Shown here in pieces: positions 44,317-54,295 of a stretch of DNA of 64,000 bases. The DNA lies in contig JBEDKQ010000002.1 in the NCBI GenBank assembly GCA_041172085.1, positions 2,672 through 66,671 on the forward strand, read 5' to 3'. A model generated the notes under the pieces. The model did not search any database. It had not been told where the DNA came from and saw nothing but the letters and a program-made list of their open reading frames with translations. The translations under genes were made by a program, and so were the position numbers. The stretch comes from Pseudomonadota bacterium. GTDB lineage: Bacteria > Pseudomonadota > Gammaproteobacteria > Burkholderiales > Burkholderiaceae_C. The stretch's first letter is position 1. Every line of letters begins with the position of its first letter.

Positions 44317-46362
44317 TTAACGCTTTTTGGCCACCAAGGTCAGAATGTCGTAGCTGGCCACCAGTTCTTTGTCCTGATTGGTCACTTCCACGTCCCATGC
44401 CACCACGCCCTGGCCATGGCCATTGGCGTCTTTTTTGTTGCGGTCAATTTTGCGTTTGCAAGTCAGGCGAACTTGAATGCTGTCACCCAATCCAACTGGC
44501 TTGACGAATCGCAAAGTATCCAAGCCGTAATTGGCTAACACGGGACCCGGCTCGGCCACCACAAACAAACCGGCAGCGTCCGACAGCACCAAGTAACCAT
44601 GCGCAATGCGTTTGCCAAAGGCTGAGGCTTTGGCAGCCTCGTCGTCAAAGTGCATGTAGAACATGTCACCTGTGAGTTCGCCAAAGGCTCTGACATCGGC
44701 TTCGCCAATGACCTTGGAGTCAGTTAACAAAGACTCGCCAATTTGTAACTCTTCAAAGTAACGTTTGAAGGGGTGCGTCCCTGTTTCAATGACCTTGGCG
44801 CCTCTCGCATATTCACGCGTGATGGCGGTCAACATGGTGGGTGAACCTTGCACTGCAGCGCGTTGCATCATGTGTGTGACGGCGCGAATACCGCCCAACT
44901 CTTCTCCACCACCCGCACGGCCTGGACCACCGTGTTTCAGGGATGGCAAGGGTGAGCCATGGCCGGTTGATTCACCTGCTGACTCTCGGTCGAGCACATG
45001 CAAACGGCCATGGTTGGCAGCAAGACGTGGCACCACTTGGGCAGCCACTTCAGGCGTCTTGGTGATCAAGGACCCCACCAAACTGCCCTTGCCGCGCTTG
45101 GCCAAGGCCATGGCCTCTTCCATGTTGTCATAAGGCATGAGGGTACTGACAGGTCCGAAAGCTTCGATGTCGTGAACGCTGTCGGTGGTCATGGGCTTTT
45201 GGCACAACAACAATGTCGGTTGGAAGAATGCGCCATTGGCAACGCCCTCGCCGACCAAGCTGACATTGGCATCAGCACCGTACACCAATTCGGCACTTTG
45301 GCGAAGCAAGGCGACGCGCTCTGCGACGTCGGCTTGTTGTGATTTAGAAGCCAAGGCGCCCATCTTCACGCCGTCAACCGAAGGGTCGCCCACCACGACT
45401 TTTGACAGGCGTGCTTTGATTTTTTCTGCCACTGCGTCCAAGTGTTTGCGCGGTACGATGGCGCGGCGAATGGCAGTGCATTTTTGGCCCGCTTTGACGG
45501 TCATTTCACGCACCACTTCTTTGACGAACAAATCGAATTCTTCGTCATCGGGTGTGACGTCATCTGCCAAGATGGCACAGTTCAATGAATCGGCTTCTGC
45601 ATTGAAAGGAATGCTGTTGCGGACCACGTTGGCGTTGACGCGCAACTTGGCCGCCGTGTCTGCTGAGCCCGTGAAGGTGACCACATCTTCCACCGCCAAG
45701 CGGTCTAGCAAATCGCCGGTGCTGCCAATGACCAATTGCAAGGCGCCCTTGGGCAAGATCCCCGATTGGTCAATCATGCGCACCAAAGCTTCTGTGAGGT
45801 AACTTGTGGCGGTCGCTGGTTTGCCGATACAAGGCATGCCCGCCAAAAAGGTGGGCGCGAATTTTTCTAACAAACCCCAAACGGGAAAGTTGAAAGCATT
45901 GATGTGCACCGCCACGCCACCACGTGGCACCAAAATGTGGGTACCGGCAAAAGTGTTTTTCTTGCCCAAAGAAGCCACCGGACCTTCATGAATCAAATTG
46001 CCACTGGGCAATTCACTGGCAGCCATGCCTGCATAGGCAAACAAAGTGCCAGTGCCGCCTTCAATGTCAACCCACGAATCGATGCGCGTTGCACCCGTGT
46101 GGGCCGAAATGGCGTAAAGCTCTTCTTTGCGCTCACCCAAATATTTGGCCAAGGCACGCAGTGCCGCAGCGCGTTGCTGAAAGTCCATTGCCAGCATGCT
46201 TTGAAGACCCGTTGTGCGGCCATATTGAAGGGCCTCCGCAAAGTCGAGGGTTTCGGCATGGGCAAAGGCCACTTCTTTGCCATTGATGGCGCTGTGGAGG
46301 GCTTGGGCAGCTTGTTGTCCGATCCAGCGGCCGGCGACAAAACTTTGGAGAACGGTGGTCAT
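44317..46362 (-). CDS. paaZ: Bifunctional oxepin-CoA hydrolase / aldehyde dehydrogenase
   Basis: 681 aa; INAFNFPVWG, EADSLN, KAGQKCTAIRR, GHGSPLP plus MaoC domain (GDMFYMH, IAHGY, LANYG). Confidence 0.92.
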   Translation of the reverse strand: MTTVLQSFVAGRWIGQQAAQALHSAINGKEVAFAHAETLDFAEALQYGRTTGLQSMLAMDFQQRAAALRALAKYLGERKEELYAISAHTGATRIDSWVDIEGGTGTLFAYAGMAASELPSGNLIHEGPVASLGKKNTFAGTHILVPRGGVAVHINAFNFPVWGLLEKFAPTFLAGMPCIGKPATATSYLTEALVRMIDQSGILPKGALQLVIGSTGDLLDRLAVEDVVTFTGSADTAAKLRVNANVVRNSIPFNAEADSLNCAILADDVTPDDEEFDLFVKEVVREMTVKAGQKCTAIRRAIVPRKHLDAVAEKIKARLSKVVVGDPSVDGVKMGALASKSQQADVAERVALLRQSAELVYGADANVSLVGEGVANGAFFQPTLLLCQKPMTTDSVHDIEAFGPVSTLMPYDNMEEAMALAKRGKGSLVGSLITKTPEVAAQVVPRLAANHGRLHVLDRESAGESTGHGSPLPSLKHGGPGRAGGGEELGGIRAVTHMMQRAAVQGSPTMLTAITREYARGAKVIETGTHPFKRYFEELQIGESLLTDSKVIGEADVRAFGELTGDMFYMHFDDEAAKASAFGKRIAHGYLVLSDAAGLFVVAEPGPVLANYGLDTLRFVKPVGLGDSIQVRLTCKRKIDRNKKDANGHGQGVVAWDVEVTNQDKELVASYDILTLVAKKR

Positions 46363-46600
46363 AGGAGATGCGCCCTTTGGCGATGGAAAGACAAACGAGA
46401 AACATGCAGTTGAAAACCATTTTAAGAATTAACCAACCGCACAGACTGGAAATATTATGCATGTTTCCGTCTTTTTAAGCGACCCCTCAAGATGCGGGTT
46501 AACCCTAAATCGCATTTGTAAACATTCGTTTCGCAGCAGTTTTCAAGCTCACGAATCCTTTTGTTGCACATTCAATTAGACGACATGACAAAATCAGTTC

Positions 46601-46972
46601 ATGAAATTTTGGTTCACAGGAGTCGCATTAGCACTCATTCAAGCCATGGCCAGTGCAGCGTCTGATCGACCTGTATCTGCGGGCTATGACATCATGACCT
46701 CACGCCAATCAGGCAACTGCTTGGCCTGTCATGAATTACCCGGCGTTGAAGGCCTCGTTAGCAATTTAGGTCCAAGCCTGAAGGGCGTTGGAAGCAAGTG
46801 GACCCGAGCAGAGCTGACACAGTGGGTCAAAGATGCACGTCAAATTAACCCTCAAACCCTCATGCCACCCTTTGGCGCTTCAAGCAGCCTGACAAAAGCT
46901 AACCCACCGCGTGCCATCTTGTCAGATGCACTGATTGAACAAGTGGTAGATACTTTGCAATCATGGAAATAA
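46601..46972 (+). CDS. soxX: SoxX-like c-type cytochrome
   Basis: Signal peptide, GNCLACH, LGPSL, INPQTLMPPFG. Confidence 0.8.
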   Translation: MKFWFTGVALALIQAMASAASDRPVSAGYDIMTSRQSGNCLACHELPGVEGLVSNLGPSLKGVGSKWTRAELTQWVKDARQINPQTLMPPFGASSSLTKANPPRAILSDALIEQVVDTLQSWK

Positions 46973-47412
46973 ACCCTCACACTTCACAAATGCTATTGAA
47001 GAATCCAACGCGCAGAACCGGCATGCTATGGGCTGCGGGTGCATGGTGGATGGCCGCACACGGCCAAGCCATCGGCAAAGACAAGCCCATGACGGAATTG
47101 TCATCAGAAGGCATTGAGTTGGTATTTCCACGTCTGGCCGATACGGGCAATGCTGTTCCACTTCAGGCCAACATTCGCGCGCCCCATGGAGCCCACTTGA
47201 AATCTCTGCGCGTGATCTTGCCCGAGAATCCAAATCCTCTGGCTTTGCAACTCAAGTTGCATGGCGAATTGGAAAACTACCAACTCAATACACGATTGCG
47301 TTTGTTGGCCAGTCAATCCGTTTGGGTTGTGGCCAGCTTCAGCAACGGCATTGAGCGCGCCAACAGTGCGCCAACCGTCATCACCTCAACTGCTTGTTTG
47401 GACGATTCCTGA
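46963..47412 (+). CDS. SoxY paralog with non-canonical C-terminal arm (..STACLDDS)
   Basis: P.LADTGNAVP, ENPNP, TRLRL..SQ.V..VA; RR-containing leader; alternative start at 46990. Confidence 0.78.
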   Translation: MEINPHTSQMLLKNPTRRTGMLWAAGAWWMAAHGQAIGKDKPMTELSSEGIELVFPRLADTGNAVPLQANIRAPHGAHLKSLRVILPENPNPLALQLKLHGELENYQLNTRLRLLASQSVWVVASFSNGIERANSAPTVITSTACLDDS

Positions 47413-47741
47413 TGAGCGGCCTCATCCTTTCAAGATTGGCTTTTGCTGGCCCGCTCAAAGCAGGTGCCACTGTTGAGGCGCGCTGGTCTGCAGCACACCC
47501 AATGGACTCTGGCTTTCGCATCGACGACTCGGGCAACAAAATTCCACGCAACATCATCCACACGGTCAAAGTGTTGCTGAACGAGCAATTGATTTTGGAA
47601 GCAGATTTAGGAACCGCCATGACCTCGCCCGTCTATCTGGCCTTTCCTCTCAAAGTGCCAGCAGGTGGCGGCGTGGTTAAAGTGCTTTGGCAAGATGATG
47701 CAGGCCAAGTAGGCGAAACCGTGCAGCGACTCATCCTCTAA
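47412..47741 (+). CDS. soxZ: SoxZ-like protein
   Basis: HPMDSGFR.D..G..IP, W.DD.G; TGATG overlap with the soxY-like stop. Confidence 0.82.
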   Translation: MSGLILSRLAFAGPLKAGATVEARWSAAHPMDSGFRIDDSGNKIPRNIIHTVKVLLNEQLILEADLGTAMTSPVYLAFPLKVPAGGGVVKVLWQDDAGQVGETVQRLIL

Positions 47742-47744
47742 AGC

Positions 47745-48563
47745 ATGCAAGTGTTCGGTTCAAGCGTGCATTGGATCTGTGCCATTGGGCTTGCAAGCCC
47801 TTTGGTGCTGACGGCGCAAACTTCCTTGCAATTGCCAACGAATGCACCATTAACGCAGCAACGATCAGCACTCAGTGGAAATGCTTTCTTAAGCCCTGAT
47901 TTGCTGGCACTTCAAAACGATGCGTCGCGCAACCCAACGCAATTGTGGGTGGCGCAAGGGCAAGAAATTTGGGGTTCGCCTCAAAAAAAGGGCGCATGTA
48001 TCGAGTGTCACAACACGCCCAATCAGCTCAAAAATAGCGCACCTCAATTTCCAAAATGGTCCGTTGAGAGGCAACAACTGATCAACTTAGAAGATCAAAT
48101 ATTGTCTTGCGCACAACGCACGGGTCAGCCCTTCAAAGGCTTGGAAGATCCCAATGTGTTGGCGTTAAGCGCCCTCTTACACCAAGCCAGCCAAGGACAG
48201 GTCATTGCAGTCAAGCCAACACCCGGTTATGAAGCGCAATGGCAAGCAGCACTCAATGAAGGTGCGAAAGAATTCACCACACGCTTGGGCCGAATGAATT
48301 TGGCTTGCACACACTGCCATGACCAAAATATCGGCAAACAAATGCGTGCCGATATCATTTCACCCGGGCACCCCACCGGGTTTCCTATTTTCAAAATGAG
48401 TTGGCAAAGCATGGGCTCGATCGATCGTCGCCTTCGCGCTTGTTATTCAGGCGTGCAAGCGCAAGTTCCGACGCCCAGCAGCCCGGTTCTAAGACAACTT
48501 GAACTGTTTCTCAAAATGCGCGCGCAAGGCATGCCCATGGATGGGCCCTCCTTGCGGCGTTGA
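47745..48563 (+). CDS. soxA: SoxA-like diheme cytochrome
   Basis: CIECH and CTHCH hemes, NLEDQI..C, G.MNLAC, RRLRAC, LELFL..RA.G. Confidence 0.85.
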   Translation: MQVFGSSVHWICAIGLASPLVLTAQTSLQLPTNAPLTQQRSALSGNAFLSPDLLALQNDASRNPTQLWVAQGQEIWGSPQKKGACIECHNTPNQLKNSAPQFPKWSVERQQLINLEDQILSCAQRTGQPFKGLEDPNVLALSALLHQASQGQVIAVKPTPGYEAQWQAALNEGAKEFTTRLGRMNLACTHCHDQNIGKQMRADIISPGHPTGFPIFKMSWQSMGSIDRRLRACYSGVQAQVPTPSSPVLRQLELFLKMRAQGMPMDGPSLRR

Positions 48564-48571
48564 CGCAGAAT

Positions 48572-48596
48572 GAGGGGCCATCCGAAGACGGCCCTC
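48572..48596. terminator. Hairpin between convergent soxA and the Mo-enzyme gene
   Basis: GAGGGGCC-atccgaagac-GGCCCTC; no clear U-tract. Confidence 0.5.
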
Positions 48597-48603
48597 CTAG
48601 CGC

Positions 48604-50808
48604 TTAGATAAATTTCAGGCCAGCGTTTTTCAATGGCAGGTCACGAATGGGCTTGCCGATGGCGGCTGAAATAGCATTGATCACTGCAGGCGCCACCACA
48701 CAAATGGTGGGTTCACCCACACCGCCCCAGAAGTCGTAAGTGGGCACCAAGACGGTTTCAACTCTAGGCATCTGAGCCAGCTTGAGCAACTGGTACGTGT
48801 CAAAGTTCTTTTCTTTGATGCGGCCATTCTCAACGGTGCATTCACCAAAGAAAGTTGCGCTGAGACCCATCACCACACCGCCTTCCACCTGTGCCGCAAC
48901 TTGGTGCGGGTTCACAAAGTGGCCTGCATTGGTGGCCAATACCATGCGCAACACTTTCACTTCACCCTTGGGGCTAACCGTGACTTCGGCCACGGCAGCA
49001 GAATAGGCGCCATAGCCCATGAACTGCGCAATGCCTCTGAACACGCCGGGTGCAGCGGGCTTGCCCCAATCGCCTTTTTCAGCAGCCGCATTGAGCACTT
49101 GCAAGTGTTTGGGGTGCTTTTGCATCAAAGCTTGACGAAATGCCAAAGAATCTTTGCCTGCAGCGCGCGCAACTTCTTCGATGAAACACTCCATATACAC
49201 ACCATTTTGATTGGTGTTCACACCGCGCCATGGACCGACCGGCACATGGGTGTTACGAATGGCGTATTCGGTTAGAAGATTGGGAATGGTGTAACCCAAT
49301 TGAGCATCACCCGGCTGAGACCAAAATCCTTGCAGTTGACGTTCATCCTTGCCATCTTTGATGGCGGAGGGGTTCACCCATGCATTGATCGATTGACCTG
49401 AAGAGCGAAGTGTGAGGCCAACCAAATTGCCCTTGTCATCTAAACCAGCCTTCATGTGGCATTGTGAAACTGGACGATAGTAATCGTGGGTTTGATCTTC
49501 TTCTCGGGTCCAAATCATTTTGATGGGCGTACCCGGAAATTGCTTGGCGATGTTGACAGCTTGTGCCACGTAATCTTGTTGGCCACCTTTGCGACCAAAC
49601 GCACCGCCCAAATCCGTGACGTAGACATCGCACTTCTCCAAAGGCAATCCAGCAGTTTCGGCCAGCACTGCCAATGAGGCCTCAGCATTTTGAGTTGGAA
49701 CCCAAACTTCTGCCTTGTCAGTGGTCCAGCGCGCCGTGCAATTCATGGGCTCCATGGGCGCATGAGACAAGAAGGGTGTGCTGTAAATGGCTTCGACTTT
49801 TTTGAATGCATTGGCAACCGCATTGATGGCATCGCCCTCGTTTCGACCTGCAAAGTCGCCACGTGCAGTCAGACCTTCGCGCACATGTTCGGTAATCATG
49901 GCGCTGTTGACTTTGGCGTTAGGACCTTCATCCCACACAATGGGCAGTTGTGACAATGCATTTTTGGCACGCCACCAGGTGTCGGCCACCACAGCCACCG
50001 TGGTGGCATCGACTCGAACCACACCTTTGACACCGCGCAATGTTTTGACTTTGCTGTCGTCAAAGCTGACAAGCTTGCCGCCAAAGACGGGGCAATCCAT
50101 GACAGAGGCACACAGCATGCCGTCCATCTTCAAATCAATGCCATAGACCAATTTACCGTTGATCTTGCTGGGTGTGTCCAAGCGTTTGACGGATTTACCC
50201 GCAATCTTCCAAGACCGTGGGTCTTTCAAGACCACAGCCTTCATGTCGGGCACAGGCAACTTGGCGGCGGCGGCGGCAACTTTGCCATAGCTTGTCTTAC
50301 GACCAGATACCGTGTGCGTGATGATGCTGTTGGCGGTTGTGAGTTCGGACACCGGTACATTCCACTCATTGGCTGCAGCTTGGACCAGCATCATGCGAGC
50401 CACGGCTCCGCCCCGGCGCACATAATCTTGCGATGTGCGAATACCCCGGCTACCACCAGTGCTCATGTCGCCCCAAGCGCGTTTGCGCTTTAAGTTCTGG
50501 CCAGGCGTAGGCGATTCGGTGGTGATTTTGGACCAATCGCACTCTAATTCTTCAGCCACCAATTGGGCCAAACCGGTGCGCGTGCCCTGCCCCATTTCAG
50601 AACGAACCACGCGGACGACGCACGTATCGTCAGGCTTTACAACCACCCAGATACCCACTTCAGGCGAGGTGTCTGCGCTTTGCGCCAATGCTTCAGAAGA
50701 AGACATTAAGTTAAAGCCCAAGGCCAAACCACCACTGGCCATGGCAGAGGTACCCACCATGAAGCTGCGACGTGAAATTTGAGCAGGAGATGTTTGAATT
50801 TGATTCAC
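48604..50808 (-). CDS. Xanthine-oxidase-family Mo-binding subunit (IorB-like), Tat signal
   Basis: SRRSFM, RSEMGQG, TGGS, HAPMEPMN, GGAFGRK, GPWRGV, QVEGG, GGVGEP. Confidence 0.9.
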   Translation of the reverse strand: MNQIQTSPAQISRRSFMVGTSAMASGGLALGFNLMSSSEALAQSADTSPEVGIWVVVKPDDTCVVRVVRSEMGQGTRTGLAQLVAEELECDWSKITTESPTPGQNLKRKRAWGDMSTGGSRGIRTSQDYVRRGGAVARMMLVQAAANEWNVPVSELTTANSIITHTVSGRKTSYGKVAAAAAKLPVPDMKAVVLKDPRSWKIAGKSVKRLDTPSKINGKLVYGIDLKMDGMLCASVMDCPVFGGKLVSFDDSKVKTLRGVKGVVRVDATTVAVVADTWWRAKNALSQLPIVWDEGPNAKVNSAMITEHVREGLTARGDFAGRNEGDAINAVANAFKKVEAIYSTPFLSHAPMEPMNCTARWTTDKAEVWVPTQNAEASLAVLAETAGLPLEKCDVYVTDLGGAFGRKGGQQDYVAQAVNIAKQFPGTPIKMIWTREEDQTHDYYRPVSQCHMKAGLDDKGNLVGLTLRSSGQSINAWVNPSAIKDGKDERQLQGFWSQPGDAQLGYTIPNLLTEYAIRNTHVPVGPWRGVNTNQNGVYMECFIEEVARAAGKDSLAFRQALMQKHPKHLQVLNAAAEKGDWGKPAAPGVFRGIAQFMGYGAYSAAVAEVTVSPKGEVKVLRMVLATNAGHFVNPHQVAAQVEGGVVMGLSATFFGECTVENGRIKEKNFDTYQLLKLAQMPRVETVLVPTYDFWGGVGEPTICVVAPAVINAISAAIGKPIRDLPLKNAGLKFI

Positions 50809-50819
50809 GATGTTTCTCC

Positions 50820-51326
50820 TTAAACTTTGATTTGTTGTACCAAGGCGGCGACTTCACCGGTGTCTGACTTGGCCAGCTTCTTAGTACCAGCGGCCACATG
50901 AATGGCCTCGCGAATACGCTGGTAGGTACCGCAGCGACAGATGTTGGTCATGGCCTCATCAATGTCCTTGTTGGTAGGCTTGGCTTTGCGTTTGAGTAAC
51001 GCAGATGCCGCCATGATTTGACCCGATTGGCAATATCCGCACTGAGGCACATCCACCTCGGCCCAAGCTTTTTGAACTGGGTGATTGCTGTCCTGCGACA
51101 GGCCTTCAATGGTGGTAATTTTGCGGCCGGCCATGCTAGACCCTGGCACAACACAGGAGCGAATGGCTTGGCCATCGACGTGCACAGTACACGCCCCACA
51201 CTGGGCAATGCCGCAGCCAAATTTGGTACCGGTGAGGCCGACCACTTCTCGAATGACCCACAACAGGGGCATCTCGGGTTCAGCATCAATTTTTTGGACT
51301 TTGCCATTGACATTGAGGGAATACAT
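50820..51326 (-). CDS. (2Fe-2S) small subunit (IorA-like)
   Basis: [32 protein letters not shown]. Confidence 0.92.
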   Translation of the reverse strand: MYSLNVNGKVQKIDAEPEMPLLWVIREVVGLTGTKFGCGIAQCGACTVHVDGQAIRSCVVPGSSMAGRKITTIEGLSQDSNHPVQKAWAEVDVPQCGYCQSGQIMAASALLKRKAKPTNKDIDEAMTNICRCGTYQRIREAIHVAAGTKKLAKSDTGEVAALVQQIKV

Positions 51327-51420
51327 TCGCGTCTCCTAATTTTGGACAATCATTTGAATACTGACTCATTTTGCAGTTTTCTTTCAAAACGCGCTTCATG
51401 TTGTCTTGAGTTTTTTTCAC

Positions 51421-51444
51421 AAAAAAAAGAGGCCGAAGCCTCTT
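51421..51444 (-). terminator. Intrinsic terminator after the aldo/keto reductase gene
   Basis: Minus strand AAGAGGC-TTCG-GCCTC followed by a T-run. Confidence 0.8.
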
Positions 51445-51478
51445 CAAGGGTTTTCACCCATTACATAGACTTGATGAA

Positions 51479-52492
51479 TCAAGTCAAGTTTTCAAAAACT
51501 TCTGTATCTACCTCAGAGTTTGCCTGCGCGTTGTAGCGGCTGCCTTGCACTGTATTTTGGTTGACAAGCGCTTCAAGCTTGCTGAGAAGCTCGGCACTGA
51601 GTTGCACATTGCTTGCACCCAAATCGTCTAACAAATGCTGTTCACTGGTGGTGCCAGGAATTGGAATGATGTGCGGCGCTTTGTTCAGCAACCACGCCAG
51701 TGCCAACTGTGCGGGTGAACAGCCTGCCTCGTGAGCCAATTGCACATAAGGCGCAAAAAGTTTGAAATTGGCGGCATAGTTTTCGGGTGTGAAACGCGGC
51801 ATCGATTTGCGAATGTCTTTGGCATCCAAGGCTTGAATGTCCAAGGGGCCACACAAGAAGCCGCGGGCTACTGGACTGAAGGCCACAAAGGTGGCGCCCA
51901 ATTCCTCGCAAGCTTGGAGCACCGCAATTTCTGGATTGCGCGTCCACAAAGAATATTCTGTTTGAACCGCCGTGACAGGATGCACGGCATGGGCTTTGCG
52001 CAATGTGCTGGCCGATACTTCGGACAAGCCAATGCTTTGAATTTTGCCTTGACGCACCAAATCACTGAGTGCCCCAACGCTGTCTTCAATAGGGATTTTT
52101 TTGTCCCATCGGTGCAAATAATACAAATCGATCACATCGGTTTGCAAACGCTTCAAGGCGTCTTCGCAGGTCTTGCGGATGGTTTCGGGTCGACCGTCAA
52201 TGACCCTCACCAATTTGCCATCGCCATTGACGTCCACACCTGTCATGCCGCATTTGCTGGCCAAGGTGAACTTTTGCCGGTGCGACTTCAAGACTTTGCC
52301 AACCAAGCGTTCATTGGCGCCGAAACCATAAAGGGCGGCTGTATCGAAAAATGTGACGCCAGCATCTAAGGCGGTCAGCAAAACCTTTTCGGCTTGCGCT
52401 TCTGATACAGGTGCACCGTATGCATGGCTCAAATTCATGCAGCCCAAGCCAATTTCACTGACTTGGAATTGTCCGAGTTTTCTATTTTTCAT
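51479..52492 (-). CDS. Aldo/keto reductase
   Basis: IGLGCM, DTAALYG, DLYYLHR, IGLSE, IPIPGT. Confidence 0.9.
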   Translation of the reverse strand: MKNRKLGQFQVSEIGLGCMNLSHAYGAPVSEAQAEKVLLTALDAGVTFFDTAALYGFGANERLVGKVLKSHRQKFTLASKCGMTGVDVNGDGKLVRVIDGRPETIRKTCEDALKRLQTDVIDLYYLHRWDKKIPIEDSVGALSDLVRQGKIQSIGLSEVSASTLRKAHAVHPVTAVQTEYSLWTRNPEIAVLQACEELGATFVAFSPVARGFLCGPLDIQALDAKDIRKSMPRFTPENYAANFKLFAPYVQLAHEAGCSPAQLALAWLLNKAPHIIPIPGTTSEQHLLDDLGASNVQLSAELLSKLEALVNQNTVQGSRYNAQANSEVDTEVFENLT

Positions 52493-53382
52493 TCGTTCAC
52501 CTTGTGGTAATTTTGGGCCCAAGCGGGCAAAGGCGCAGATCTGTGCAACACGTCTTGATGTAACCAGGTGGCGCTTTTGCGTGCGCGCTCGGCCACAGTT
52601 TCAAGTGGTAACTGTTGGTAATCGTCATTGAAGACTTCAAAGCTGTAGTCGCCACGATAACCGATCCGCTCTAATCTGAGAACCAAGTCTGCCAGTTGCT
52701 CGCTGTGCACGCCCTCACCTGGAAAAACGCGGAAGGTCCGTGCGGTGGTCATGCGCTCTTCAAAGGAGGGCGTTTCATGCCACATGAAATCGGACAACTG
52801 AGCCAAGTAAATGCGTTCTGGATCAATGTCCTCGATGGCATCGAGTGGCGTTTTGGCGGCAAATATATGAAAGGAATCAATGCCGATGCCTAGGTTAGGA
52901 CAATCTGCCCGGCACACCACATCCCAACTGCTTGTAAATTCGTTGATCGTTCGGCCCCACGACAATCCCTCATAGGCCACCTTGATGCCCAAAGGAATGG
53001 CCATCATGGCCAACTTCTTCAAGTCCTTGGCAATCAAATCAAGATCATCTGTTGCATGGCGCGAGGTTGATGAACAGGCCAACAAAACTTTGCTGCCAGT
53101 GGCTGCGCACATCTCGAGCATCGACTTGGCAATGTCAACTTTGTAGCTGTGCAAATGACCTGACAAGCCTTCAAAGTCTCTGAGCACTTGAAAACCTGTA
53201 GGTCGCAAGCCACTGTTTTGCACAGCTTTGACCGCAGCTTTGACACCCCCGGGGTGTCCTACCAAATCGCGCGCCATGAGCATGACCTGTGAGAAGCCCA
53301 CACTTTTCATGGCCTCCAACTTGGCCTCGAGTGAGCCTGCCATGGTGATGGTGTCCATGCCATATCCGTCGAGCATATTCAT
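52489..53382 (-). CDS. Sugar-phosphate-isomerase TIM-barrel protein, probable 3-dehydroshikimate dehydratase
   Basis: FQ.LRDFEG, AYEGLSWG, DSFH, QLSD, R.FPGEG, SFEVFND, resembling the QuiC1 catalytic domain; pathway context. Confidence 0.75.
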   Translation of the reverse strand: MNMLDGYGMDTITMAGSLEAKLEAMKSVGFSQVMLMARDLVGHPGGVKAAVKAVQNSGLRPTGFQVLRDFEGLSGHLHSYKVDIAKSMLEMCAATGSKVLLACSSTSRHATDDLDLIAKDLKKLAMMAIPLGIKVAYEGLSWGRTINEFTSSWDVVCRADCPNLGIGIDSFHIFAAKTPLDAIEDIDPERIYLAQLSDFMWHETPSFEERMTTARTFRVFPGEGVHSEQLADLVLRLERIGYRGDYSFEVFNDDYQQLPLETVAERARKSATWLHQDVLHRSAPLPAWAQNYHKVNE

Positions 53383-53391
53383 GACAGATCC

Positions 53392-54273
53392 TTAAGCAAC
53401 CAGGTGAACCAGCTCAAACGACACTGAGCCCAATGCACTGCGCGTTAAGGCGCCCCTGTCTTCAGGGTGCAATTCTTTGGACTCTACAAATTCAACCCCA
53501 TTGGCCTTCAGTGTTTTGACGGCCTGCGCCACATCTTTGACACCAAAGCCTATGCGCTTCAAGGACTCGGGTGCATCGTCGCCCTCCATCCAAGGATCGG
53601 GCTCAATCAATTGCCAAAGAAATTGTCCGCACGGGCTTTTCATCAATTTGCCTTTGGGCAAAATACCGAAACGCTCTTCGTCTGAAATAACGCTGAAGTC
53701 AAACATGTGTTCGTAGTAGGCCATCCAATCTTCACTGCGGGACGCACCGATGTACTGCACCACGCCGAAGTAACTCATGCCCTCAACGGCAGCAGGATGC
53801 TGATCAACAGTTGGAATGGGTTTGAAGTCAATGTCGTAAATGGAAAACTCTTGCCAGCGATCGACAAAGTAATAACGCGTTCCACCAGGGCCATGAATGG
53901 CGGGAATGTGCAACTCCATGGCTTGTGCATGGCTGGCCACAGACCAGGCACCTAAATCGATGCAACGGGTGTGTGCCTTGAGTGCATCTTGGACCCGAAA
54001 AGCAACTGCAGAAATTTCAGCTTGACCATCGGCAGTGGCGCTCACGCGTGCATCATCAGGGTTGGCATTGACGACCAAGTTCATGCCACCTTGTCGGTAC
54101 AGGGTTACTTCGCGTGAACGATGACGGGCAATGGGCCGAAAACCCATGGCCTCTAAAACTTGACCTAAGGCTTGTGGGCGATTGGTGGCGTACTCAATGA
54201 ACTCAATGCCTTGAATGCCCAAGCGATTGGGCATTTCTGGGACGTCTTCACGATCGGTTGTGCGTAAATTCAT
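53392..54273 (-). CDS. HPPD-like (VOC-fold) protein, probably non-catalytic
   Basis: GIEFIEYA, HRSR.V.LYRQG, IPAI.G.GG..YFVD; the HPPD His ligands are not evident. Confidence 0.75.
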   Translation of the reverse strand: MNLRTTDREDVPEMPNRLGIQGIEFIEYATNRPQALGQVLEAMGFRPIARHRSREVTLYRQGGMNLVVNANPDDARVSATADGQAEISAVAFRVQDALKAHTRCIDLGAWSVASHAQAMELHIPAIHGPGGTRYYFVDRWQEFSIYDIDFKPIPTVDQHPAAVEGMSYFGVVQYIGASRSEDWMAYYEHMFDFSVISDEERFGILPKGKLMKSPCGQFLWQLIEPDPWMEGDDAPESLKRIGFGVKDVAQAVKTLKANGVEFVESKELHPEDRGALTRSALGSVSFELVHLVA

Positions 54274-54295
54274 GGCTTACTCCAAACTAAAATTT

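Noticed and set aside
46601-48563. Canonical thiosulfate-oxidising Sox pathway
   Set aside because: No soxB or soxCD in the window, and SoxY lacks GGCGG
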